DNA of 64,000 nt, taken from positions 66,395-130,394 of the forward strand of contig CAVIAA010000001.1 of NCBI GenBank assembly GCA_963640685.1, given 5' to 3'. The position numbers were made by a program, and so were the translations under genes. The stretch's first letter is position 1, and the number at the start of each line of letters is the position of its first letter. This document shows, in pieces, positions 1-7,914 of this stretch. Below the pieces are notes generated by a model. That model saw only the letters and a list, made by a program, of their open reading frames with translations, was not told where the DNA came from and made no database searches. This stretch comes from Acutalibacteraceae bacterium. Its GTDB lineage: Bacteria > Bacillota > Clostridia > Christensenellales > CAG-138.

Positions 1-718
1 CGGCTACATTGAGTATTTGCTCCGCCAAAAGGCAAATGGACGAATACGTTATCTCGGCTTCTCGTCTCATGCGGAGCCGGAGTCATTGAGAGAAATACTC
101 GACTGGTACGACGGCTTTGATATGGCTCAGATACAGCTGAATTATGTTGACTGGGATTTTCTGAGGGCAAAGGAGCAATATGAAATAATTACCGAGCGCG
201 GCATACCGATATGGGTCATGGAGCCGCTTAAGGGCGGCAGGCTTTCTGCCCTCAGCCCCGATGCCGCTAAGATACTTGCCGAGGCTCGACCCGATTGGTC
301 GCTGTCGTCGTGGGGAATGAGATTTTTGATGACGCTGCCGAACGTTCAAACCGTGCTGAGCGGAATGAACAGCATAGACCAGATACGCGACAATACGGCG
401 ACATTTTCTGCAAAGAACCCGCTTACCGAGGATGAGCTTGAAATACTCTTCCGGGCGAAGGAGCTGTTTATGCAGCACCTTGGCGTGCCGTGCTCGGCTT
501 GCCGCTATTGCTGCGCCTCCTGCCCCGCCGAGCTCGACATACCGCTGCTCATCCGTGCGTATAACGAGTTGAGCATGGGCGGCGAAACCTGGCGCTTTGC
601 CGGCCTTGCGAGCGCAAAAGGGCCGGAGAGCTGCCTTGGCTGCGGAACCTGCCTCAGCCGCTGCCCGCAGCGAATAAACATACCCGACGTTATGAGCAAG
701 CTGTCGAAAATGAAATAA
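1..718 (+). CDS. Aldo/keto reductase with C-terminal 4Fe-4S-type Cys clusters (5' end cut by window edge)
   Basis: The frame is open from position 2. It aligns along its length with the full-length paralog at 14593..15774 (GRIRYLGFSSH vs GRIRHLGFSAH; WVMEPLKGG vs WVMEPLRGG). It has Cys motifs CSACRYCCASCP and CLGCGTCLSRCP. Confidence 0.85.
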   Translation, partial: GYIEYLLRQKANGRIRYLGFSSHAEPESLREILDWYDGFDMAQIQLNYVDWDFLRAKEQYEIITERGIPIWVMEPLKGGRLSALSPDAAKILAEARPDWSLSSWGMRFLMTLPNVQTVLSGMNSIDQIRDNTATFSAKNPLTEDELEILFRAKELFMQHLGVPCSACRYCCASCPAELDIPLLIRAYNELSMGGETWRFAGLASAKGPESCLGCGTCLSRCPQRINIPDVMSKLSKMK

Positions 719-779
719 CTGAAATTACATAAAAGGCGCCCACGCCGCGTATGCGGCGTGGGCGCTGCTGCTTATGCAA

Positions 780-2057
780 TTATTTATCCTGTATGCCCAT
801 CCTGCTCTCGGTCGGGTATGCAACGCCCTCCTTCATTACGAAGGAGCAGTCGCGCAGTGCGTCCTTATCCGTCAGAAGGTCACGTCCCCAGCCGGATATG
901 TCGGCGTACTTACCGGCCTCGATGGTGCCTACGACCTTATCAAGGCCGCATATCTCGGCGTTGTTCTTGGTTGCGGCCTGCAGTATACGGAAAGGATCCG
1001 CGCCGCATTCCATCCAGCAGCGGTACTCAACGCCGTGCTCGTAGTTTTGCCAGTTCGTGACGTGGTCGGTGCCGTAGCCCAGCTTTATCTTGCTGTCGAG
1101 TATTGCCCGGCGGCCATCCTGCAGCCGCTTTTGATATATATGGAGCTTGCGGCAGAACTCGGGGGACTTACGCTGCATGCTCTCCTCGTCGTTCATTACG
1201 GCGTCCTGATACGGGGTAAATGTCGGCACAAGGTATGCGCCGCAGTCCTCGTACATGCGCGCCGTTTCCTCGTCCATAAGGGAGCCGTGCTCCATGCCGT
1301 TTATGCCGTATCTCAGCAGCTTCTGCATCAGCGCAGGGCCGTATGCATGGGCGGTTACGGACACCTTAAGGCTCTTTGCGGTGTCAAATATCGCCTCAAG
1401 CTCGGGGTCGCTTAGCTGAATATCATCGGGGTCGTCGTTCGGCGTGGAGAATCCGCCGGTCGCCATTATCTTTATAAAGTCACCACCCAGCTTTACCTCG
1501 CGGCGAACCGCGGCGCGGAAAAACTCCGGTCCGCTTCCGGTGCCGTGGAACAGCTCATCCTGAATATAGTCCATAAGCATGGGGTTCGTGCGGGCGACCT
1601 GAGTCATATCGCCGTGGCTGCCGGGTGCGCCGAGCAGGTGCGGGGCTACGACGAGCCTTGCGCCGGGCAGGTAACCCTCGTTGATCGCGCGCTTAACGTC
1701 CAGCTCGTAGGATTCGCGCCACCAGCCCATGCTGCGTATGGTGGTAAAGCCGCCGTACAGCGATTTTTCCGCTGTGTGGTAGGTCGCAAGGGCACGGTAG
1801 CCGTCGGAATTGAGCAGGGTATCCACCATGCCGACATCCTTGAAATGGAAGAACTCGGTGTGTACATGGGCATCGATCATGCCGGGGGTAACGGTCAGGT
1901 GAGAGAGGTCTATTATCTCTGTGCCCTCCGGGCAGGCGAGGTTATGGCCAACTTCTTTTATGTACTTGCCTTCGATAAGTATTTCCATGTCCTTCTGAAG
2001 CTCTGCCTTAAGGCCGTCATACAGCTTCCCACACTTTATCTTGATGTACTTTTCCAT
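780..2057 (-). CDS. Amidohydrolase-superfamily metal-dependent hydrolase
   Basis: It has the HxH motif PGMIDAHVH plus later His/Asp ligand motifs (TAHAYG, MEHGS, GYGTDH). I moved the start to MEKYIKIK (ATG 2057), which is preceded by GGAGG. The longer ORF start at 2114 lacks an RBS. Confidence 0.85.
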   Translation of the reverse strand: MEKYIKIKCGKLYDGLKAELQKDMEILIEGKYIKEVGHNLACPEGTEIIDLSHLTVTPGMIDAHVHTEFFHFKDVGMVDTLLNSDGYRALATYHTAEKSLYGGFTTIRSMGWWRESYELDVKRAINEGYLPGARLVVAPHLLGAPGSHGDMTQVARTNPMLMDYIQDELFHGTGSGPEFFRAAVRREVKLGGDFIKIMATGGFSTPNDDPDDIQLSDPELEAIFDTAKSLKVSVTAHAYGPALMQKLLRYGINGMEHGSLMDEETARMYEDCGAYLVPTFTPYQDAVMNDEESMQRKSPEFCRKLHIYQKRLQDGRRAILDSKIKLGYGTDHVTNWQNYEHGVEYRCWMECGADPFRILQAATKNNAEICGLDKVVGTIEAGKYADISGWGRDLLTDKDALRDCSFVMKEGVAYPTESRMGIQDK

Positions 2058-2061
2058 TTTT

Positions 2062-2748
2062 TTAAGCCTCCTTCTTTTCTTCCTGCTTTTTGCTGCCGCG
2101 CTTATAGTCGGCAATGAATATCACGGCGGATACCGCTATTGCGATGAGCATATAATATGCGCTGTTCATGCTGGTGAAGTAGCTGCAATACAGACATATC
2201 GCAAGGGGTATCAGCCAGAGCACGAATTTTCTTGCACCCTTGAGCACCGTTTGCGCAACGAGGCCGCCGAAGAGCGCCGGGACGACGTAGTTAAGAGCGG
2301 GCTGAAGCGCCTCAAGCTCAAGCACAGGCTTGAGCGGCACTGCCAGCACAACACCTATTGCAAGCACCGCTATCGAGGTTATTATCGATGCGCCGCATAC
2401 TATAATGGCCATCGTATGGCACTTTTCGCTGTTCGGCTCAATGCCGAGCGCGTTTATTGTGCCGACCGTTGCGGGCATCCTCAGGTTGGTGACGTTGCCG
2501 GTTATGTAGGACATATACAGCGCACCCGGGCCCATTATGGACATATAGCCGATCGTTTCGCCGGGCCACCAGGGGGCCATGAACAATATTACCGCGACCA
2601 CACCGGGCCAAAGCTGCTTAAGGTCGGGCCATACGCCGTATACCATGCTTATGATAACGGGGTAAGCGGTCATGGCAACGAGCAGCACAAGGCTGGATAT
2701 CATGCCGAAGGAGTGTACCCAATCGTTGAAATTCTGAGTCTTTTTCAT
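2062..2748 (-). CDS. Polytopic membrane protein, family not recognised (putative transporter component)
   Basis: The 228-aa ORF has several long hydrophobic segments and a K/E-rich tail. It has an AGAGGTGA RBS. Its stop lies 4 bp before the amidohydrolase start, so it is in the same operon. Confidence 0.7.
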   Translation of the reverse strand: MKKTQNFNDWVHSFGMISSLVLLVAMTAYPVIISMVYGVWPDLKQLWPGVVAVILFMAPWWPGETIGYMSIMGPGALYMSYITGNVTNLRMPATVGTINALGIEPNSEKCHTMAIIVCGASIITSIAVLAIGVVLAVPLKPVLELEALQPALNYVVPALFGGLVAQTVLKGARKFVLWLIPLAICLYCSYFTSMNSAYYMLIAIAVSAVIFIADYKRGSKKQEEKKEA

Positions 2749-2761
2749 AATTGTTCACCTC

Positions 2762-3466
2762 TTAAAATATGAAGCAGGCGGCGGCCATCGCAACGATCAT
2801 GCTTATCGCCATGCAGAAATCGGACAGCCACTTCTGTTTCGGGAGCTTGTGGCATATGAACACGATCAGCGCACCTACGGCGAAGCTAATCAGGAACACG
2901 ATGCCCTTTGTATTCATTGCGCTAAGGCCGTAGGCCACGGATACGAAGGCCATTATGCCCATTAGGCAGCCGGTGCCGAGGGCGAGCACAAGGCCCATAT
3001 CTATCGTGTTTGCCTTTTGGTATATTTTGCTTATGGGTTTAATTGCAAGGGAGGACCACAGCACGCAGGCGCTGCCGCCGATGGTCATTATCCAGGCAGC
3101 CGCCACCCAGCCGTTGATGGTATATCCGTTGGGTATCAGCTCTTCGCCAACGCAGTTTACCGCAACGCTTGCGGCATATGCCTCATAGTGGGCGGAGCCT
3201 ATTATGGAAAGCCGCAGCCATACGAGCGGCGTGCCGAGGAGCGGAACCAGCGAAAGGAAAACGAGCAGAACGGGTATTGTAGGAAGTATGCTGATGGTTA
3301 TGCCGGTCGTCAATCCCTTGCGTATGTCACCCTCGGAAAGCCCGAGGCTCAGCGCGTTTTCCTTTGCACGGCGCATATATATCAGGCATTGAATGATAAC
3401 TGCTACAAGCAGCAGCCCAACGTAGATGAACATCCACGGGGCGTTACAAATCTCGGTGTAGAGCAT
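2762..3466 (-). CDS. Polytopic membrane protein, family not recognised (putative transporter component)
   Basis: The 234-aa ORF is hydrophobic throughout. It is the first gene of the minus-strand operon, with a 13-bp gap to the next gene and a purine-rich RBS region upstream. Confidence 0.7.
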   Translation of the reverse strand: MLYTEICNAPWMFIYVGLLLVAVIIQCLIYMRRAKENALSLGLSEGDIRKGLTTGITISILPTIPVLLVFLSLVPLLGTPLVWLRLSIIGSAHYEAYAASVAVNCVGEELIPNGYTINGWVAAAWIMTIGGSACVLWSSLAIKPISKIYQKANTIDMGLVLALGTGCLMGIMAFVSVAYGLSAMNTKGIVFLISFAVGALIVFICHKLPKQKWLSDFCMAISMIVAMAAACFIF

Positions 3467-3596
3467 AATAAAGCCTTCTCTCCTAATTTCTTTATTTGTC
3501 TCATTGTTTTAAACGGATAAATTAGTTTTGGTCTTTTTGAAAACCGATACAAGCCATTGGCCGTTGGCCTGCGCTATTTTATGCACTGATCAGTCG

Positions 3597-3647
3597 CATA
3601 ATTCATTACATAATCCGTTACATAATGAATTATGTAATTCATTATGT
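3597..3647. promoter_or_regulatory. Candidate TetR operator: 13-bp-arm inverted repeat plus a third half-site
   Basis: ACATAATGAATTA-TG-TAATTCATTATGT lies at 3620..3647 with perfectly complementary arms. An extra CATAATTCATTAC copy lies at 3597..3609. Both sit in the divergent region between the membrane/amidohydrolase operon and the tetR-family gene. Confidence 0.6.
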
Positions 3648-3809
3648 CAGGCTCGAGTACGAATGTCAAGGATTTATCACTTTTTTATGCACAACATTTT
3701 ATAATGCCCGCATTACAAAAATTCATGCACGGTTTTTTAACATGCGGCATGGCCAATTTTCATCAGATGTGATATCATTCAAAATGTATGTAAAAAACGG
3801 AGAGAAGCT

Positions 3810-4427
3810 ATGTATAAAAAAACAAGCAAACGCGATGAGCAGAGCAGACAGTCACGCATGGCGCTTTATGAATCCGCCAGCCGTCTTTTTGCCGAGCGCG
3901 GCTTCAATAATGTTACGGTGGAGGAGCTTTGCGCCGATGCAAACCTTTCTACCGGCGCCTTTTATCACTACTTTAAAAGCAAGACGGAGATATTGACGAT
4001 ATATCAGGTGCAGCTGGATGAGCAGTATGCTGCGTTTTATGAGAATACGATCAAATCCGATGAGTGCGCGTCACTGCTGGTGCCGGAAAAGCTGCGAAAA
4101 ATGCTGAAGTTCATACTGGGCTGCTGTGTGGATCGCGGGGTGGAATACGAGCGCATCGTATACAGCCACATAATAATGGATACCGGCTTCAGCAGCGCCA
4201 TGATAGCGCCGGATCGAGGCTACTATACCATAATGCACGAGCTGATCGCATCGGGTCAGCAGGAGGGCAGCATAACCGACGACATTACGGCGGAGCAGAT
4301 AGTGGACGACATAACAAAGCTGTGCCGCGGCTGCATAGTGGATTGGTGCGTAAACGGCGGAAAACCGGATATCTACACGCATTGCGAGAGGTTCATAGCG
4401 AGTTATATACGCGGCATAGCCAAATAA
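3810..4427 (+). CDS. TetR/AcrR family transcriptional regulator
   Basis: The N-terminal HTH region is LFAERGFNNVTVEELCADANLSTGAFYHYFKSK. It has a GGAGAG RBS and is divergent from the adjacent operon. Confidence 0.9.
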   Translation: MYKKTSKRDEQSRQSRMALYESASRLFAERGFNNVTVEELCADANLSTGAFYHYFKSKTEILTIYQVQLDEQYAAFYENTIKSDECASLLVPEKLRKMLKFILGCCVDRGVEYERIVYSHIIMDTGFSSAMIAPDRGYYTIMHELIASGQQEGSITDDITAEQIVDDITKLCRGCIVDWCVNGGKPDIYTHCERFIASYIRGIAK

Positions 4428-4439
4428 GGGTATATATTA

Positions 4440-4470
4440 GGCCGCCCGCCTTAAAGGCGGGCGGCCTTTT
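4440..4470 (+). terminator. Rho-independent terminator after the tetR-family gene
   Basis: A perfect 11-bp GC stem GGCCGCCCGCC/GGCGGGCGGCC with loop TTAAA is followed by TTTT. Confidence 0.85.
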
Positions 4471-4500
4471 GGTGCTTTGCGCAGCGCGGCATGCGGGTGC

Positions 4501-5355
4501 TTAGATGGTGCCGCTTATGACCAGCGTGCTTACGCCCGGGGTGGTTATCCACTGTCCGGAGGCGTTTTGGGTGTAGGTCGCGGCGGGCACGGTTATCTGC
4601 CCCGGAACCGTTGCAAAGGCGCCGGTCGCGGTGTCGTAGGTGTAGTTGGTAGTCGCCGCCCAGGCCGTGCCATTGAATGTGACGGATATATCCGAAAGCA
4701 GGGGAGAGAAGGTATCCGTGAGCACGGTTTCGTCTCCCGCGTCAGCCTCGGCCGAGCCAAAGTTCTGTATGGTAAAGGTGTAGGTTACGGTGCCGTTTTC
4801 CTGAACCGTGGCGGGGGATATGGTCTTTGTAACGGCAAGATCCGGGCTGCTTTCCGCGGCGAGCGCGGCGGAGGCCGTCAGCGCTTCGGATATACCGCCG
4901 CCGGTAAATGAGGCGGTGTTGGTTATCTCGCTGCCGGAGGCAGGGGAGGCAAAGCTGTTTACAAGTCCCTGATATACTATTGAGGCATTCCCGCCGGCGG
5001 GTATGGTTATGCCGGATACCGTCAGCTCCGCATCGCTGTATGCTACGGCCGGCGCGGGCTGCAGCACTCCGTTTATATAGTATCTTATGGAGTTGGATAC
5101 ATAGGTAAGAGGGTATACTGTGCTCACATCGTAGGTGTAGCCGCCCATGTCGTCTGTAAGGGTAACTCCAGAAAAGGGGATGCTGCCGGCGTTTGAGGCG
5201 GTGACCATGTAGGTCACCGTTTTGTCCGTTGCGTAGCTGGGGTCAACGGCAGCCTTTGCCGCCGTCAGGGTTGCGGCGAGCTCGCCCTCCGCAAGGTTGG
5301 AATTGATTATGGTATTGTTATAGGCAAGCTGTGCCTGGTTGGTAAATCGTGCCAT
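4501..5355 (-). CDS. Leaderless Thr/Ser/Ala-rich repeat protein, DUF11 / 'conserved repeat domain'-like
   Basis: The segment DLAVTKTISPATVQENGTVTYTFTIQN resembles the DUF11/TIGR01451 repeat signature. There is no signal peptide or TM segment. I set the start at MARFTNQ (ATG 5355), which has AGGAG 9 nt upstream. Confidence 0.75.
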   Translation of the reverse strand: MARFTNQAQLAYNNTIINSNLAEGELAATLTAAKAAVDPSYATDKTVTYMVTASNAGSIPFSGVTLTDDMGGYTYDVSTVYPLTYVSNSIRYYINGVLQPAPAVAYSDAELTVSGITIPAGGNASIVYQGLVNSFASPASGSEITNTASFTGGGISEALTASAALAAESSPDLAVTKTISPATVQENGTVTYTFTIQNFGSAEADAGDETVLTDTFSPLLSDISVTFNGTAWAATTNYTYDTATGAFATVPGQITVPAATYTQNASGQWITTPGVSTLVISGTI

Positions 5356-5402
5356 TTTTTCATCGCTCCTGTCGGTATTGAGCAGGGCCATGCCCTGTAC
5401 TA

Positions 5403-5431
5403 AATAATATGGCCTGCGGCGAAAAAGGGTG
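5403..5431 (-). promoter_or_regulatory. Possible sigma-K-type (mother-cell late) promoter for the DUF11-like gene
   Basis: The minus strand reads cAC-N17-CATATTATT, which resembles the AC-N16/17-CATAnnnTA consensus. A 6-bp hairpin (5383..5397) follows. This is a by-eye match only. Confidence 0.3.
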
Positions 5432-5565
5432 AAAGAATGGGTGATATATCCGGCTTATGCAGCTATATTCGTTTTGTTCAAATTTATTTCACAGCGCCGC
5501 GGATACATACATGGTAAAATAACGATGATGCCGCATCAGCGGCTGACGAAAGGGATAATACGGAA

Positions 5566-6648
5566 TTGGACAAGACTGAGCAACGGAAAAGAATACTCAT
5601 CAACCTGCTTTACTTTGCGGCGGTGATAGCGGTGCTGGCGTTTCTGTTCAGGTATATGATGTCAAAGCTGCTGCCGTTCTTTATAGCCTTTATAGTGGCG
5701 GCGGTGCTGCACCCGCTGCTGGATAGGCTGGTGAAAAAATGTCACCTCCCAAGGAAGCTCACCGGAACGGTGCTTATAATGCTCACATATGTGCTGCTGG
5801 CATTCATTGGTATAATACTCGTCGATAAGGCGGTGGAGTTTGTGCAGCGCGTGATAGTCGTTGCGCCGAAAACGTGGAGCAATTCGCTGCTGCCTGCGCT
5901 GCGCTCGCTTTGGAGCAGCACAGAGGTATTCCTCGAAAGGTTCAACGTAACCATAGATATATCCATGGATCAGGTGCTCACAATGATGGAGAGCAGCATA
6001 AAGAGCCTTTCTGCAAGGGCAGTCTCCTTTCTAGGCAGCTTTGCGGTCTCGCTGCCCGGAAGGCTTGTGAATACGATAATATGCATAGTTTCAACGCTTT
6101 TTATATTGCTGGATTGGGACGGGATCAGCCGCTTTATTCACAGTCAGCTGCCGGATAAAACATCTAAGGTAATAAGCAACGGATGGAACCAGCTCAAAAA
6201 AACGCTCGGGCAGTATGCGCGCTCATACGGGCTTATAATGTTGATGACCTTCTGCGAGCTCTCGATCGGCCTGCTGCTGATCGGCGTAAATAATTCATGG
6301 GGGATCGCGGCGGGGATAGCCGTATTGGACATACTGCCGATAGTCGGCTGCGGAACGGTGCTTATACCGTGGTCGATAGTGAGCTTTGTAATGGGCAAAA
6401 CGGCGCTTGGGGCAGAGCTTGCGGTGCTGTATGTCGTGATATCCGTAGTGCGTAACATAATGGAGCCAAAGATAATAGGCAAACAGGTCGGGCTGCACCC
6501 GCTTGTCACGCTGCTTGCAATGGTAGTTGGCGTTTCGCTCTTCGGCGCTGCCGGCGTGTTTGCATTGCCGATAGGCATTGCGGTGGCAAAGCAGCTTGAT
6601 GACAACGGAGTCATAAACATAATAAAAAAACAGGAAAACGATAACTGA
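5566..6648 (+). CDS. ytvI: AI-2E/PerM (UPF0118) family membrane protein, YtvI-like sporulation integral membrane protein
   Basis: The 360-aa polytopic protein has the family-typical N-terminus and C-terminal GxxG-rich helices. It uses a TTG start, with AAGGGA 10 nt upstream. Confidence 0.75.
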   Translation: MDKTEQRKRILINLLYFAAVIAVLAFLFRYMMSKLLPFFIAFIVAAVLHPLLDRLVKKCHLPRKLTGTVLIMLTYVLLAFIGIILVDKAVEFVQRVIVVAPKTWSNSLLPALRSLWSSTEVFLERFNVTIDISMDQVLTMMESSIKSLSARAVSFLGSFAVSLPGRLVNTIICIVSTLFILLDWDGISRFIHSQLPDKTSKVISNGWNQLKKTLGQYARSYGLIMLMTFCELSIGLLLIGVNNSWGIAAGIAVLDILPIVGCGTVLIPWSIVSFVMGKTALGAELAVLYVVISVVRNIMEPKIIGKQVGLHPLVTLLAMVVGVSLFGAAGVFALPIGIAVAKQLDDNGVINIIKKQENDN

Positions 6649-6690
6649 AAAAAACAGGGGGCTGCACAGCGCAGCTCCCGTTTTGCTTTT
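6647..6690. terminator. Bidirectional terminator between convergent ytvI and xdhC-family gene
   Basis: A 9-bp stem GGGGGCTGC/GCAGCTCCC (one G-U pair) is flanked by an A-run upstream and a T-run downstream. Confidence 0.8.
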
Positions 6691-6691
6691 A

Positions 6692-7507
6692 TTATTCAAT
6701 ATTTCTCATTTCCTTCAGGTGGCGGCAGCTTTTGCCGTACCTCGTCGCCTGCACCTCGGCCATTATCGCAAGGGTGATCTCCTCCGGCGTCTCTCCGCCG
6801 ATATCCAGCCCTATCGGGGTGAATACGGTATCCAGCAGCGAGTCCGGCACGCCTCTGCCGCGCATATATTCAAAAAGCCCCGCGATTTTTTTGCGGCTGC
6901 CGATCATGCCGACATATGACGGCTTTTTTGAAAGCGCAGCATACAGCGCAGCTCTGTCGTTTACATGGCCGTGGGTGGCTATTACTATGAACGCGCCCTC
7001 CGGGATATCCATATTCATCATATCCGCTTCAAAGTCGCTCACGCGAACGAACCTGTCCGATTGGCGGATGCTTTCGCCAATCATTTCGTCAGGCCTGTCG
7101 TCTATGAGCAGCGTGCTGTACCCGATGAAGCGGGCGGCCTTGAGCATGGCGCAGCCAACGTGGCCGGCGCCGCACATAACGAGCAGCGGCTTGGCCGCAA
7201 AGGACTCTATGAGCACCTTGATCTGCCCGCCGCAGGTCATGCCGGTGTTGTTGGTCAGCTCCGGAGAGAGGTCGTAGGTTTTAAGGAGATTTTCCCGCAA
7301 GCGCATGCACTCCATGGCATCCTTGACGGCGAGAAGCTCGGCGGCGCCTCCGCCTATCGTGCCAAAGGCTGTACCGTCCGAAAGCACGAGCATTTTGCCG
7401 CTTTTGCGCGGGGAAGAGCCGGCCGCCTCCACAATAGTCAACAGGGCGTGGCTTGTGCCGCTCTCAAGGGCGGCGAGCTGCCGCCTCAAAAGTTCGGCTG
7501 TGTCCAT
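6692..7507 (-). CDS. XdhC/CoxI family accessory protein (Mo-cofactor insertion chaperone family)
   Basis: The N-terminal XdhC domain reads ALLTIVEAAGSSPRKSGKMLV...GTIGGG. The C-terminal Rossmann-like part reads LLVMCGAGHVG...VIATHGH. I moved the start to MDTAELL (ATG 7507), which has an AGGAGG RBS. Confidence 0.85.
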   Translation of the reverse strand: MDTAELLRRQLAALESGTSHALLTIVEAAGSSPRKSGKMLVLSDGTAFGTIGGGAAELLAVKDAMECMRLRENLLKTYDLSPELTNNTGMTCGGQIKVLIESFAAKPLLVMCGAGHVGCAMLKAARFIGYSTLLIDDRPDEMIGESIRQSDRFVRVSDFEADMMNMDIPEGAFIVIATHGHVNDRAALYAALSKKPSYVGMIGSRKKIAGLFEYMRGRGVPDSLLDTVFTPIGLDIGGETPEEITLAIMAEVQATRYGKSCRHLKEMRNIE

Positions 7508-7544
7508 AGCGTTATCCTCCTGTGATAATATCGACTTTTCGCAT

Positions 7545-7553
7545 ATTATACCA
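7545..7553 (-). promoter_or_regulatory. Extended -10 element (TGGTATAAT) for the xdhC-family gene
   Basis: The minus strand reads catGGTATAATatgc about 40 nt upstream of the start codon. There is no good -35. Confidence 0.55.
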
Positions 7554-7578
7554 TGCGAGCCGGAAAAACAACATAACC

Positions 7579-7620
7579 AATGAGAATTACCAAATAATAA
7601 ATGAGAATTACTAATAAATA
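7579..7620. repeat. Two tandem copies of a 21-bp unit (AATGAGAATTAC + A/T-rich tail)
   Basis: AATGAGAATTAC occurs at 7579..7590 and 7600..7611, an exact 12-mer with 21-bp periodicity. It sits about 30-75 bp upstream of the putative xdhC transcription start. Confidence 0.8.
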
Positions 7621-7688
7621 GCATGAAGGATATTCATGCATGATATTCGAAAAAAAGCCAATGTGGGCAAAAGAAAGGCGAATTGTCT

Positions 7689-7721
7689 AAAAAACGGCTG
7701 CGCGGGTCTCAAAAGCAGCCG
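7689..7721 (-). terminator. Orphan rho-independent terminator on the minus strand
   Basis: The minus strand reads CGGCTGC-(13 nt)-GCAGCCG followed by TTTTTT. No annotated minus-strand gene lies upstream of it. Confidence 0.6.
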
Positions 7722-7765
7722 CCGAAAACCGCAAGATGGGAGCATGTCGTTATCAAAAACACCGA

Positions 7766-7794
7766 TTGACATATCGAGAACATACTGATAAACT
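7766..7794 (+). promoter_or_regulatory. Sigma-A-type promoter for the ABC-transporter operon (implies a ~230-nt leader)
   Basis: TTGACA (7766..7771) is followed by a 17-nt spacer and then TGaTAAACT, an extended -10 at 7786..7794. Confidence 0.55.
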
Positions 7795-7914
7795 ATGTCT
7801 AATGTTTGATATTCATTTATCGTTTGCTGTATGCAGTCTGTTGTGGCCGATGTTGAAATGGCTGTCTGATAGCTGTTGCTGATGTTGATGATGTAGCTTA
7901 ACACAATTAAAATC

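Noticed and set aside
3625-3996. A 123-aa plus-strand ORF starting inside the TetR operator and overlapping the tetR-family start.
   Set aside because: It starts within the palindromic operator, has no RBS, and overlaps the well-supported TetR frame in a different frame.
5480-5515. A sigma-E-type promoter for ytvI (CATACAT at 5506..5512).
   Set aside because: The -10 match is partial and the -35 region does not fit, so it is not reportable.
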